This document shows, one piece after another, positions 1 to 8,694 of a stretch of DNA of 20,163 nucleotides. Within the stretch, counting starts at the first letter, position 1. Every line of letters begins with the position of its first letter. The notes under the pieces were generated by a model that saw nothing but the letters and a program-made list of their open reading frames with translations, did not search any database and was not told where the DNA came from. This DNA comes from Planctomycetota bacterium. GTDB taxonomy: Bacteria > Planctomycetota > SZUA-567 > H5-PLA8. Position numbers and translations under genes: made by a program. Location: assembly GCA_045863855.1 (NCBI GenBank), contig BTVV01000114.1, positions 1-20,163 on the forward strand, read 5' to 3'.

Positions 1-1
1 T

Positions 2-1063
2 ATACAGATCGCTGCGGCGGTCGGAAGCGGCGCGCGCGTTATCGTGTTCGATGAGCCCACGAGCAGCCTTTCGCGGCACGAAACCGAGAAGCTATTGGAA
101 TTAATCCTCCGATTGCGTGGGCGCGGGGTGACCTCGGTTTACGTCTCGCATCGCATGGATGAAATTTTTGAAGTCTGCGATTCAGTTTCCGTGCTTCGTG
201 ATGGAAAGCACGTGGCAACCCATCCGGTAAATGAACTCGTCCAGGACGACATTGTGCGGCTCATGATCGGTCGGCAGGTACCGGCGCAAACGCCTCGCCA
301 TCTGCTTTCAGCACCCGGACAGGAGTCTCTGCGCGTTGAGCGGCTGTCGAGTCCCGGGAAGTTCTCTGAGGTGAGCTTTGCCTTGCGTGCAGGCGAGGTA
401 TTGGGCGTGGCGGGATTGATCGGTGCCGGACGCAGCGAAGTAGCCGAAGCTCTTTTCGGCCTCGACCCGCGCGCGACCGGAAAAGTATCGGTGCATGGCG
501 CCGAGGTTTGCATTCGTAGCCCCGACCATGCGATGCGACTGGGGATTGGCTTCGTTCCCGAGGACCGCAAGCGTCAAGGACTCGTGCTCGCGCTGTCTTC
601 CGCTGCGAACGTTACGCTGCCGCTGCTGCGTACCCTTGCTCGCGCGGGTTGGATTCGCTTGCTCGAGGAAAGGAGCCTGGTCAAGCGGTATTTCGAACGG
701 CTTCGTGTACGCGCACCCAGCCCGGATTTTCCAACGGCAGGTCTGAGCGGTGGAAACCAGCAGAAGCTGGTACTCGCTAAATGGCTGGCTACGGGCTGCA
801 GGATTCTGATTTTGGACGAGCCCACGCGCGGCGTGGATGTGGGCGCCAAGGCCGAGATTCATGCGCTTATCGACTCGCTGACCTGCGAAGGCTTCGCCGT
901 GCTATTGATCTCCAGTGAGCTGCCCGAGATCATGAGTTTGTCCACGCGGATTCTGGTACTGCGCGAAGGCCGTATCGTGGCCGAGATTCCCCGCGCAGAG
1001 GCGAGTCAGGAAATTTTGCTGCGTCACATGACCGGCGTGTTTGGTGACAAAGCCGTAAGCTGA
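2..1063 (+). CDS. Sugar ABC transporter ATP-binding protein (RbsA/MglA type, tandem ATPase), 5'-truncated by the window edge
   Basis: The frame is open from position 2 (IQIAAAVGSGARVIVFDEPTSSL). It has first-domain Walker B 'FDEPT' and H-loop 'VSHRM', a degenerate second Walker A 'GLIGAGRSE', 'VPEDRK', signature 'LSGGNQQK', 'ILDEPTRGVDVGAK' and 'ISSELPE'. Confidence 0.95.
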   Translation: MQIAAAVGSGARVIVFDEPTSSLSRHETEKLLELILRLRGRGVTSVYVSHRMDEIFEVCDSVSVLRDGKHVATHPVNELVQDDIVRLMIGRQVPAQTPRHLLSAPGQESLRVERLSSPGKFSEVSFALRAGEVLGVAGLIGAGRSEVAEALFGLDPRATGKVSVHGAEVCIRSPDHAMRLGIGFVPEDRKRQGLVLALSSAANVTLPLLRTLARAGWIRLLEERSLVKRYFERLRVRAPSPDFPTAGLSGGNQQKLVLAKWLATGCRILILDEPTRGVDVGAKAEIHALIDSLTCEGFAVLLISSELPEIMSLSTRILVLREGRIVAEIPRAEASQEILLRHMTGVFGDKAVS

Positions 1064-1074
1064 AAGGGACGAGC

Positions 1075-1482
1075 ATGGCTTCATGGCTTCTAAAGACCGA
1101 GCCGGGTACATTCAGCTATTCTGACTTGGTGCGCGACAAACACGCCGTCTGGGATGGCGTTAAGAACAATACGGCCCTGATTCACATACGTGCGATACGA
1201 AAAGGCGATCGCATATGGATCTATCATACCGGCGGAGAAAAGCGGATCGTGGGTTTGGCTAAGGCCACCAGCAATTCGTATCCGGATCCCAAGGCCAGCG
1301 ACCCCAAGTTTGTGGTCTTCGACCTCGTACCGGATCGGCATCTCGCGAAGCCCATCGCACTGGAGCAGATCAAGGCCGACAAGCGTTTTAAGGAGTTTGC
1401 GCTGTTGAAGATTTCTCGGCTCAGCGTGATGCCGGTTCCTCCAGAAATGGAACGGATCCTGCTGGAATGGGCCGGCGGGTGA
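1075..1482 (+). CDS. EVE domain (PUA-like) protein
   Basis: 'WLLKTEP..FS..DL', 'WDGVKN..A', 'GDRIWIYHTG' and C-terminal 'SRLSVMPV' are typical EVE motifs; the gene starts 11 bp after the ABC gene. Confidence 0.93.
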   Translation: MASWLLKTEPGTFSYSDLVRDKHAVWDGVKNNTALIHIRAIRKGDRIWIYHTGGEKRIVGLAKATSNSYPDPKASDPKFVVFDLVPDRHLAKPIALEQIKADKRFKEFALLKISRLSVMPVPPEMERILLEWAGG

Positions 1483-1490
1483 GGCGTTGC

Positions 1491-1518
1491 TTTCCACAGA
1501 GCCTTATGGCGTTAGAAT
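1491..1518 (+). promoter_or_regulatory. Possible sigma70-type promoter for the 1556-3750 gene pair
   Basis: TAGAAT (-10-like) at 1513-1518 and a weak -35 TTTCCA at 1491-1496 with a 16 bp spacer, in the intergenic gap. Confidence 0.3.
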
Positions 1519-1555
1519 GACATTCGAAAGCTTTTGAGAATCCGAGGACGCGTTC

Positions 1556-2530
1556 ATGCATCGGCAGTTGAGTTGGACAGTTGGGTGGATGTTCTGCTTG
1601 GCGGCAGGGACGATTTCGACCCAAGAGGCGCCACGCGAACCGGAAGATGCGGCCGTAAAGCCACTGGAGCTTGGCGATGCCGCTCCCTCGTGGCATGCAT
1701 CCGCTTGGTTGAACGGAGATGCCCCTTCGGTCGAGGGAACGCGTGTTCGTCCGGTGCGCGTGCTGGTTTTCTTGATGACCGGATTTTCTCCGTCGTTGGA
1801 GACCGTGCCGGTTTTGACGAAGTTGCAGCAGCAACATGCGCAGGCAGGGTTGGAAGTGCTGGGATTCAGCGCCGAAGACGCCGAAAAGCTTCGGGCTTTT
1901 GTGGCCGCACAAGGCGATAAGCTGGGATTTCGGATGGCTCACGACGAAGGGAGCCGCACGCGCCGCGCGTATATGCTTGCCTTCGGAGAACGGAGCATTC
2001 CGCAAGCATTTGTGGTCGATTCCAAAAATCGTATCGTGTGGCACGGCCACCCTTTGGACGGGCTGGACGAAACCGTCGCGCAGGTGTTGGCTGGAACCTA
2101 CGATCTCGATACCGCCAAGAAAGTGAGGCAGGCGATCAAACAGGTTCCCGCCTATTTCGATGCCGCGTATGCCGGCGATAACGAGAAAGCAGCCAAACTG
2201 GGGACTCGGCTCATGGAAGGGTTGGCAAAAAACCCCAAACAGCTCGCGCGGTTTGCCTACGGCATCTTGATCGACCCGAAGTTGAAATCTCGCGATCTGG
2301 ATTTGGCTTCGAAGGCGGCGCAGCAGGCTTACGACGCAACGGGTGGGAAACTGCTCGCCGCGCAGATTAGCCAAGCTCGCGCACTTTTCGCCTTAGGCCG
2401 ATTTGCAGATGCCGTAGAGGTGCAAACGGCCGCCGTCGCGAACGCGCCAGAAGGTCGAGTTCGGGAACAGATGGAACAGATCCTGGCCGATTATCGTAAG
2501 GCGGCTACGCAGCCGGAGGCGGGAAAGTGA
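1556..2530 (+). CDS. Exported TlpA/redoxin-fold protein with C-terminal helical (TPR-like) region; CxxC absent
   Basis: Signal-peptide-like N-terminus, 'LGDAAP', 'GLEVLGFS', cis-Pro loop 'SIPQAFVVD..RIVWHGHP', then an Ala-rich helical tail 'ARALFALGRFADAVEVQ'. The active-site position reads FLMTGFSPS instead of FWATWCxxC. Confidence 0.75.
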   Translation: MHRQLSWTVGWMFCLAAGTISTQEAPREPEDAAVKPLELGDAAPSWHASAWLNGDAPSVEGTRVRPVRVLVFLMTGFSPSLETVPVLTKLQQQHAQAGLEVLGFSAEDAEKLRAFVAAQGDKLGFRMAHDEGSRTRRAYMLAFGERSIPQAFVVDSKNRIVWHGHPLDGLDETVAQVLAGTYDLDTAKKVRQAIKQVPAYFDAAYAGDNEKAAKLGTRLMEGLAKNPKQLARFAYGILIDPKLKSRDLDLASKAAQQAYDATGGKLLAAQISQARALFALGRFADAVEVQTAAVANAPEGRVREQMEQILADYRKAATQPEAGK

Positions 2531-3750
2531 AACTCGACGCGGCTACGCGCGCCGGATTGCGAGAGCGTTTCGAAGCTTGCTTTGGCAAGAATCGCGTTCG
2601 TCTGCGTGTGGCCTTGGCGCCTGGACGAGTGAATCTTTTGGGCGAACATACCGATTATAATGCCGGATTCGTGTTGCCGATGGCTCTCGATCGGCACGTG
2701 GCCGTGGTTTACCGCACGCGTTCCGACGCGCAAATTCGAGTACATGCCGCGAATCGAAATCCCAGGCACTACGATGCAGTCGACTCGTTCGCGGCCGATG
2801 CCCGGCGTCTCAGTCCAGTGCGCAACGCGCGGAAAAAGTGGTCGAATTACGTGCGCGGGGTCGCGGCCGTATTGAGCGAGCGCGGGGTGCGGTTACGAGG
2901 GGTGGACTTGCTGATCTGGGCCGACCTTCCGGAAGGCGCGGGACTCTCCAGCTCGGCCGCCCTTGAAGTAGCCGTGGCTCATGCGCTTTTGGATGCGGCC
3001 GGGGAAAAATGCGACGCACAGGAAATGGCATTTGCCTGCCAGCAGGCAGAGCACCGATTTGCGGGCGTGAAGTGCGGCATCATGGATCAGACCGTAGTTA
3101 CGCGCGCACAAGTTGGGTGCGCTTTATTGCTTGATTGCCGTTCCATCGAAATTCGCCACGTTCCAGTCAAGCTGGGAGGCTGGAGTTTTGCGCTCTTCGA
3201 TACGGGCGTGAGGCACAAGCTGGCCTCCAGCGCGTACAACAACCGCCGCATGGAGTGCGAGGACGCCGCGCGCAAACTGCGCGTAGCCGCGTTACGCGAT
3301 GTAGGACTCGAAGAACTCCGGACCCGTGGCTCGAAGCTCAACGTAACGGAACAGCGCCGGGTGCGGCACGTTGTCACCGAAAACCTTCGTACCATTCAGT
3401 TTTCCCATGCGCTTGCTCGAGGCGATATCGACGAGATGGGCCATCTCTTGAATTTAAGCCACGAGAGTTTGCGCAAGGACTATGAAGTGAGTTGCCGCGA
3501 GCTGGATGTCCTGAGCAGTGTGATTCGGATCGCCGACGAGCTGGATAAAAACGGCGCTGGGCTCGCCGGGGTTGGTGCGCGAATGGTGGGAGGCGGATTT
3601 GGCGGATGTGTACTGGCTTTGGTCCGACCAGATCGATTCGAGGCACTCGTGGCTTTGGTACGGGAGCGCTACCGTCGTCTAAGCGGGCTCCAACTGGCAT
3701 TGGCGATGCTCCTCCAACCCGGAGACGGTGCACGCGTATCCGTCCTTTGA
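2527..3750 (+). CDS. galK: Galactokinase (GHMP kinase)
   Basis: 'APGRVNLLGEHTDYN', 'GAGLSSSAA', 'CGIMDQ', 'SHESLRKDYEVS' and 'GARMVGGGFGG'; the GTG start overlaps the upstream stop (GTGA). Confidence 0.93.
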   Translation: MKLDAATRAGLRERFEACFGKNRVRLRVALAPGRVNLLGEHTDYNAGFVLPMALDRHVAVVYRTRSDAQIRVHAANRNPRHYDAVDSFAADARRLSPVRNARKKWSNYVRGVAAVLSERGVRLRGVDLLIWADLPEGAGLSSSAALEVAVAHALLDAAGEKCDAQEMAFACQQAEHRFAGVKCGIMDQTVVTRAQVGCALLLDCRSIEIRHVPVKLGGWSFALFDTGVRHKLASSAYNNRRMECEDAARKLRVAALRDVGLEELRTRGSKLNVTEQRRVRHVVTENLRTIQFSHALARGDIDEMGHLLNLSHESLRKDYEVSCRELDVLSSVIRIADELDKNGAGLAGVGARMVGGGFGGCVLALVRPDRFEALVALVRERYRRLSGLQLALAMLLQPGDGARVSVL

Positions 3751-3752
3751 GA

Positions 3753-6518
3753 CTACTTTCGATGCACTTGGAATGTGAACGGAAGGCGTGACAGGGCACC
3801 CGCCGGCTTGACCTTTACTTTCAGTCCGCGCGGTACGGACGCTTCCAGCACCAATCCGCCTGCTTCAAGCCGCCAAGAGACTTCAATGAGCCCTCGTCTA
3901 TGCGGTACGGCGCCTCGCACCCATGTCAGCGTCGCGGAATCCGGTGCGAGCAAAATTTCGTCCAGCTTTCCGGGAATGTTTTGCCTCACACCCAGGGCTC
4001 GAGTGGCGAAGCAATGCGCCGGTGCGCCGCTCCATGCATGGCACAGGCTTGAGCGATCATGGAAGAATTCCCAAAGCGTCCAAGCTCCGCCAGCCCGCAT
4101 CAGGCCGTAGTTTCGCCGGATGAGTCGTTCTGCCAAATCGGACCGCCCATGGTCGTACAGCGCGTTCAGTACATAAAAGGCGAAGTAACTTCCGAATGAT
4201 CCCGGTGCACGCTTGGGATTCTCTTCCACGCACCGCTCTACATACGTCAGCATGCTCTGAGCTTGCTTAGGGCGCGCCAGCCCAAAGGCCAGCATTAGGG
4301 CGTTTACGTGCAGGGCGCCTTCGCGTAAGAGCGCGCCGTCTTTTCGCGTGGCGGCAAAGCGGCCTTCGTCGGAAAGCCAGAGCGTATGGTTTATAGATTT
4401 TAGGACGCGCGCTGCCTCGCGGCGATAATGCTTGGATTCTTTGGGACGCTTCAGCACATCGGCCAATTCGGATGCTGCTCGCAAGGCCTGAATGCGGAAG
4501 ACATTCAATGCGCCGTTTTCGCCCTGCTTCGCGTCCTTCATGGCCATGGCGTCGAGATACACGTGCAAACCGTCGGCATTCCAGAGCCCCGAAGGCTCTT
4601 CACGCCACACCGGACTTGCGAATATCTTTTCGACGCAAGGCCAAAGGGCCTCGACCAGCTTGCGGTCGCCCGTCAGCGCCCAAAAGTCGCGCAGCACCAA
4701 CAGCCAGATCAGGGTGTAATCGGGCAAGTCGGTTTCACGCCAAGCCGGAACGACATCGAACATTTGCCCGGAGGGCTTTTGAGTATCCGCCCACAACTTC
4801 AGACAGCGCCGCACCAGTCTGGGGTCCTCATTGTACGCCCGCTGAACGAGGTACTGAACCCAAGCATCGCCCACGTAAACGCCGCGCTCACGCCAGGGGC
4901 AGTCGATGTAGCCGTCTTCCATGCAGGCTCTCAGGGTTGCGAATGCGGTCTGGTGGACCCAGTTAAAGAGTGGGTCGCCGCAAGCGAAGCTGCCCTTTTC
5001 GGAAAGCGGATACACGGTTTCGCGCAACGCGATGCGTTTCAATCGCACCGGTCGATCCGAATTTCGGACGGTCACTTGAAGGTATCTACCGCCGCGTGGA
5101 TGGAAGCCCTCGATGCGCTCTCCGCCGCCCCGAGCGACAAAGCGATCGGCTGCGTTTACCATGAAGTGGCTTTTAAAGAGCGCCACGCAGCCGTCTTCGC
5201 GCAGGCGTTCGTCGAGCGCCACATCCACAATAGCGCCTTTAGGCGCGTCGATTTCCAGAATCGTATGGCCCAGTACTTCGCGGCCGAAGTCGAAGACGGC
5301 CGTCATCGGGCAGCCCGGAGCGCACGAGAGGTCCAGCCCGCCGACTTGATACGGATCAAGCGCCACACTTTCGCCGGGTCGGTCCCAAGCCATCTCTCGA
5401 GCAGGTAAGGGCGGTTCGGCCCCGCGCGGAACGCGTACCCATGGACGCGAAAACTCCGGAAGTTCCTCGATGGTTTTCGGTATCGCCGCTCGAACGGCTG
5501 CGAGTTCTTCCGTAGGCACGGGACCCGCATGCAACAGGACTGCTCCACTCGTTCGAGAGGGATTGGCGTCGGTGGAGGCCACGAGGCCCGACGAATGGGG
5601 CCAACCAAGCAGGAATCCCCAGCCCTCGGTGAGCATTTCCGGCTCGCCGTAAAGGAAGTTTGCGCCTGCGGCCAATTCGACATCCGCCTCTTGCCGATTG
5701 CCGCCTAAAGCGGCATAAGTCCCTTTAAACTCGACGCCGTTCAAGTAATGCGGACCCCAGAACAGCGCCAGCTTGACCTTTTGAGCGACCGGAGAGTGCA
5801 AGTAAGTGGCGTAGCATGTGCGCGGTCGCGGGGAGCCGGATTTGCCGATCGGACCGGGCTCTTGGTAGCCGATGCGAACCTCATCTTGCAAGAGGGGCGC
5901 GGCGAGATGCACCTTTTCGGGGAGGCACTCGTCCATCCCGAGCATGGGAATCGAGCGCGGCGACCACTCGCCCCAATGATCTTGCGCTTCGATCGCGATG
6001 GGCTCTTGCCAACCACGCTCGTCGAGTTTGGGCCCGTACCATTCCATGGGCAAGCGGCGTAAATCGACGATTTCCGTCGGCCCCTGAGCAAAGCTGAAGG
6101 ACGGCGCCCAGTCGAACCATGCATCAGCGCGGCGGCACTTCCAGGCGCCCGGCGTTGTCAGGTCGATGGCCCCCGAGCCGCTACCGACGCTACCTGCAGC
6201 CGCGAATCCGCCGATGCTGGGTTGTGCTTCGAATGAACTGGCGCCTTTGCTGTTCACTTCGACGAGGATCGCGTTGCGTCCGGCTTTCAAGAATGGCACC
6301 AGATCGATACTGTCGAATTCCGGCGCTCGAAGCGCGAATCGAGCCGGGCCGTACGCCGCCACACGCCCATTGACCCACAAGCGGTAACGCGTGTCCGCGA
6401 AAAGCCGAAGCTCCGCGCGCCGAGGAACCGAGGCTAGGGCGAATGAGCGACGGAAGAGGACGAAAACGTTTCGTCCGCGGCCGTGAGGGTCGGACCAAAC
6501 GAAGGTCGGTCGGGGCAT
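3753..6518 (-). CDS. GH78 family alpha-L-rhamnosidase-like glycoside hydrolase
   Basis: N-terminal 'FRRSF...ADTRYRLWVNG', 'VFDFGREVLG', catalytic-region 'IDCPWRER...GD', 'TLWE' and 'SLCHAWS', and a C-terminal 'GLIEVSW' domain. The start is set at ATG 6518 (MPRPTFVW); the ORF is open to 6644. Confidence 0.88.
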   Translation of the reverse strand: MPRPTFVWSDPHGRGRNVFVLFRRSFALASVPRRAELRLFADTRYRLWVNGRVAAYGPARFALRAPEFDSIDLVPFLKAGRNAILVEVNSKGASSFEAQPSIGGFAAAGSVGSGSGAIDLTTPGAWKCRRADAWFDWAPSFSFAQGPTEIVDLRRLPMEWYGPKLDERGWQEPIAIEAQDHWGEWSPRSIPMLGMDECLPEKVHLAAPLLQDEVRIGYQEPGPIGKSGSPRPRTCYATYLHSPVAQKVKLALFWGPHYLNGVEFKGTYAALGGNRQEADVELAAGANFLYGEPEMLTEGWGFLLGWPHSSGLVASTDANPSRTSGAVLLHAGPVPTEELAAVRAAIPKTIEELPEFSRPWVRVPRGAEPPLPAREMAWDRPGESVALDPYQVGGLDLSCAPGCPMTAVFDFGREVLGHTILEIDAPKGAIVDVALDERLREDGCVALFKSHFMVNAADRFVARGGGERIEGFHPRGGRYLQVTVRNSDRPVRLKRIALRETVYPLSEKGSFACGDPLFNWVHQTAFATLRACMEDGYIDCPWRERGVYVGDAWVQYLVQRAYNEDPRLVRRCLKLWADTQKPSGQMFDVVPAWRETDLPDYTLIWLLVLRDFWALTGDRKLVEALWPCVEKIFASPVWREEPSGLWNADGLHVYLDAMAMKDAKQGENGALNVFRIQALRAASELADVLKRPKESKHYRREAARVLKSINHTLWLSDEGRFAATRKDGALLREGALHVNALMLAFGLARPKQAQSMLTYVERCVEENPKRAPGSFGSYFAFYVLNALYDHGRSDLAERLIRRNYGLMRAGGAWTLWEFFHDRSSLCHAWSGAPAHCFATRALGVRQNIPGKLDEILLAPDSATLTWVRGAVPHRRGLIEVSWRLEAGGLVLEASVPRGLKVKVKPAGALSRLPFTFQVHRK

Positions 6519-6645
6519 GGGGCTGATCTCCGCTGAAGCGGCGTACATACCAAAGTCGGGCGGGAGTTCCAGCGCGCTGCGCACTACTCCATGCGATCTT
6601 CGTCGGTAACACGCATACCAGTTGGCGCTTTCCGGTGCTTTCAAA

Positions 6646-7050
6646 TTACAGATTCAGCAGGCCCATCAAGCCGACGAGCCACAAGCCGAATCCCACCAGC
6701 GCGCTGTAGATATACCCTCGCGCGCGCCGGTATTGGCTGCGAAGCAAACAGTAAGACGCAAAAGCCAAGCCGCCGACAGGCAGGCACCAGGACCAAGGAG
6801 TAAGCAGCGTTAATCCTGGCCAGCTTATTGCAAGCAGCACCCATGCCACACGGTCGCTGGCAGGAGGAAGCGATTCGGCGGGCGGGATCGGCGCAAGGCG
6901 CGCGGTACGTTCCAGTTCGGCCACTTGCGATTGGCCTTCCGGAGTGAGTGGAAAGCCGCAGTACATGCACACGACGGTTCCATCAGGCGACGATTCGCCG
7001 CAAAGCGGACACAGGGCAGGCGAAGTGGTGGGAGTGGCGGTCGGTTCCAC
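6646..7050 (-). CDS. Small membrane protein with N-terminal zinc ribbon
   Basis: CPLC...CMYC pair, a Pro-rich linker and 2-3 hydrophobic segments; GTG start. Confidence 0.7.
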   Translation of the reverse strand: MEPTATPTTSPALCPLCGESSPDGTVVCMYCGFPLTPEGQSQVAELERTARLAPIPPAESLPPASDRVAWVLLAISWPGLTLLTPWSWCLPVGGLAFASYCLLRSQYRRARGYIYSALVGFGLWLVGLMGLLNL

Positions 7051-7156
7051 GGTTCCTGGGCACCAAGCGATTTGCGCCCTTTTCTTTTAAGCGACAAATG
7101 GATATCCTGATAGTGGTATCTGAAGGATAGGCCGCCAGTCGCGGGAGTTCACATCT

Positions 7157-7573
7157 TTGATTACTGTCACCGGCGAGTACGCCCTACGTGCGATGGCCTA
7201 TTTGGCCGATCGACCGGAAGGCGAGTATGCACTAGCCCGCGATGTTGGCAAGACGCTCGATATCCCTCCCAACTACCTGAGCAAAGTTTTGCAGTCGCTC
7301 GCGCGTGCGGGCCTGTTGGACTCCCAGCGCGGCCGCAATGGTGGTTTCCGCATGGCTCGCAGTCCCAAGCAGGTTTGTCTGTATGATATACTGGCTGCCG
7401 TTGAGCCGATGAGCCGCTACGAGACGTGCGTTTTGGGCCGGAAAGAATGCCGGGATGAAGATGCTTGCCCAATTCATTTTGCCTGGAAAGAAGCGCGCGG
7501 CAAGGTTTTGACCCTATTTCAAAAAACGCCGCTAACCAAACTCGTTGAGCATCAGCACGCCATCAAGAAGTAG
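7157..7573 (+). CDS. Rrf2 family transcriptional regulator, probably Fe-S binding
   Basis: 'EYALRAM', wHTH 'IPPNYLSKVLQSL..AGLLDSQRGRNGGF' and C-terminal C-x6-C-x5-C-x2-H (CVLGRKECRDEDACPIH); TTG start with upstream GGGAG. Confidence 0.92.
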   Translation: MITVTGEYALRAMAYLADRPEGEYALARDVGKTLDIPPNYLSKVLQSLARAGLLDSQRGRNGGFRMARSPKQVCLYDILAAVEPMSRYETCVLGRKECRDEDACPIHFAWKEARGKVLTLFQKTPLTKLVEHQHAIKK

Positions 7574-8606
7574 CTGCTTCCAGGCTCGCCACGCCCAATC
7601 CGTAAAACGTGTATTCGCAATCGGGGTCCGCCTCGAGCGCGAAGCCGACGTATCCGCCTTCAGAAAGTTCCAGTGTACGCGCATAGGAGCCTCCTCGAGC
7701 CAACGAGCGATCGTCCAGCGCGGCGATATTTTTAAGCGTAAAGAGCGCCGTGTAGGTGCTCAGGAGATCCGCGAACGGCGCATTTGGCGTGGCTTGAAAG
7801 CCGCCCTCGTCGTTCTGCAACTCCATCAAAAACGTTCCGTGCGTGCGCAAGTCTCGTGAGGCCCAACCGCTCAGTGCATCCCGAAGCGCGTCCCAACCCG
7901 CCAATAGGCCCGGCAAACCGCTGGACTTGAGTAGTAAGGTTAGCGCGACGCCGGCGGCGGTTGCATTCGTGCCGGGTCGCTTGCTGTAGGCATTCTCGCG
8001 GAATCCCCCGGACGCTTCGATCAAGCCTGCCAAAAACGGCGACAAGCGTTCGGCTTCGGGAACCGTCCCACCCATGCGCCGAAAGGTCAAAGCCGCCAGA
8101 AACGTGTGGTACAAGCTTCCGTTTCCTTCTTGCGGATGCTTCGCCCAGCCGCCGTCCTTTCGGCGCAAAGCGGCAAGCCCCAAACGTGTCCGCTCGCGGG
8201 CTTCGTCTCCTGCTACCACAGTTAGGGCCGCGCCGGCCTCTTCGCAGAGTTTGGCCGCATCCCACCACGAAACTGCGTGGACGGCATCTCGAAACGGAGG
8301 TCGCGTCGCCCGGGTTTCGGTGATCAGGAATTCCAACGCCCGTGCAGCCATGGCGGGTGTGAGGGCGTCCAGGCACGAAAGCGCGCGTAATCCGAAGGTG
8401 GTGTAGTAGAGATCGGGCAGACCGCGCCGGTTCGCGAAGCCGCCTCCTTCGAGCTGTTGGGCCGCAAGCCACGCCGCGTGGCGGGAGCGGTACGAGGCTG
8501 GAGTGCTGCGCAATCCGCCGCGCAACTCGTTATGCAAGAGCTGAAGGAAGTCCATCAAATCATCCACGCCAGATTTGCGGGTCAAGCGTTCGGTTGCTGT
8601 ACTCAA
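7563..8606 (-). CDS. Prenyltransferase/squalene-oxidase-repeat protein (alpha/alpha barrel, geranylgeranyltransferase-beta-like)
   Basis: Five repeats of the x-x-x-x-GG(F/W/Y)...(Y/H/A/S)T type (QLEGGGF..DLYYT, RRKDGGW..SLYHT, IEASGGF..TNAT, QNDEGGF..DLLST, ELSEGGY..DCEYT). No DxDD motif. The start is uncertain (TTG 8606 or ATG 8555). Confidence 0.8.
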   Translation of the reverse strand: MSTATERLTRKSGVDDLMDFLQLLHNELRGGLRSTPASYRSRHAAWLAAQQLEGGGFANRRGLPDLYYTTFGLRALSCLDALTPAMAARALEFLITETRATRPPFRDAVHAVSWWDAAKLCEEAGAALTVVAGDEARERTRLGLAALRRKDGGWAKHPQEGNGSLYHTFLAALTFRRMGGTVPEAERLSPFLAGLIEASGGFRENAYSKRPGTNATAAGVALTLLLKSSGLPGLLAGWDALRDALSGWASRDLRTHGTFLMELQNDEGGFQATPNAPFADLLSTYTALFTLKNIAALDDRSLARGGSYARTLELSEGGYVGFALEADPDCEYTFYGLGVASLEAATS

Positions 8607-8694
8607 TGCGGTTAGTCAACCGCAACGGAACCCATCCATCGATTGGGCTTGCGAGGGCCAGCCCATGCTAAGTACAGTCATCGTATTGTGTGGG

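Noticed and set aside
1075..1482. EVE protein as part of a modification-dependent defence system
   Set aside because: It is a stand-alone EVE with no adjacent nuclease or toxin gene, which is a common arrangement.
6519..6644. N-terminal extension of the GH78 ORF to TTG 6644
   Set aside because: The extra 42 codons look non-conserved, and GH78-like sequence begins at MPRPTFVW (6518).
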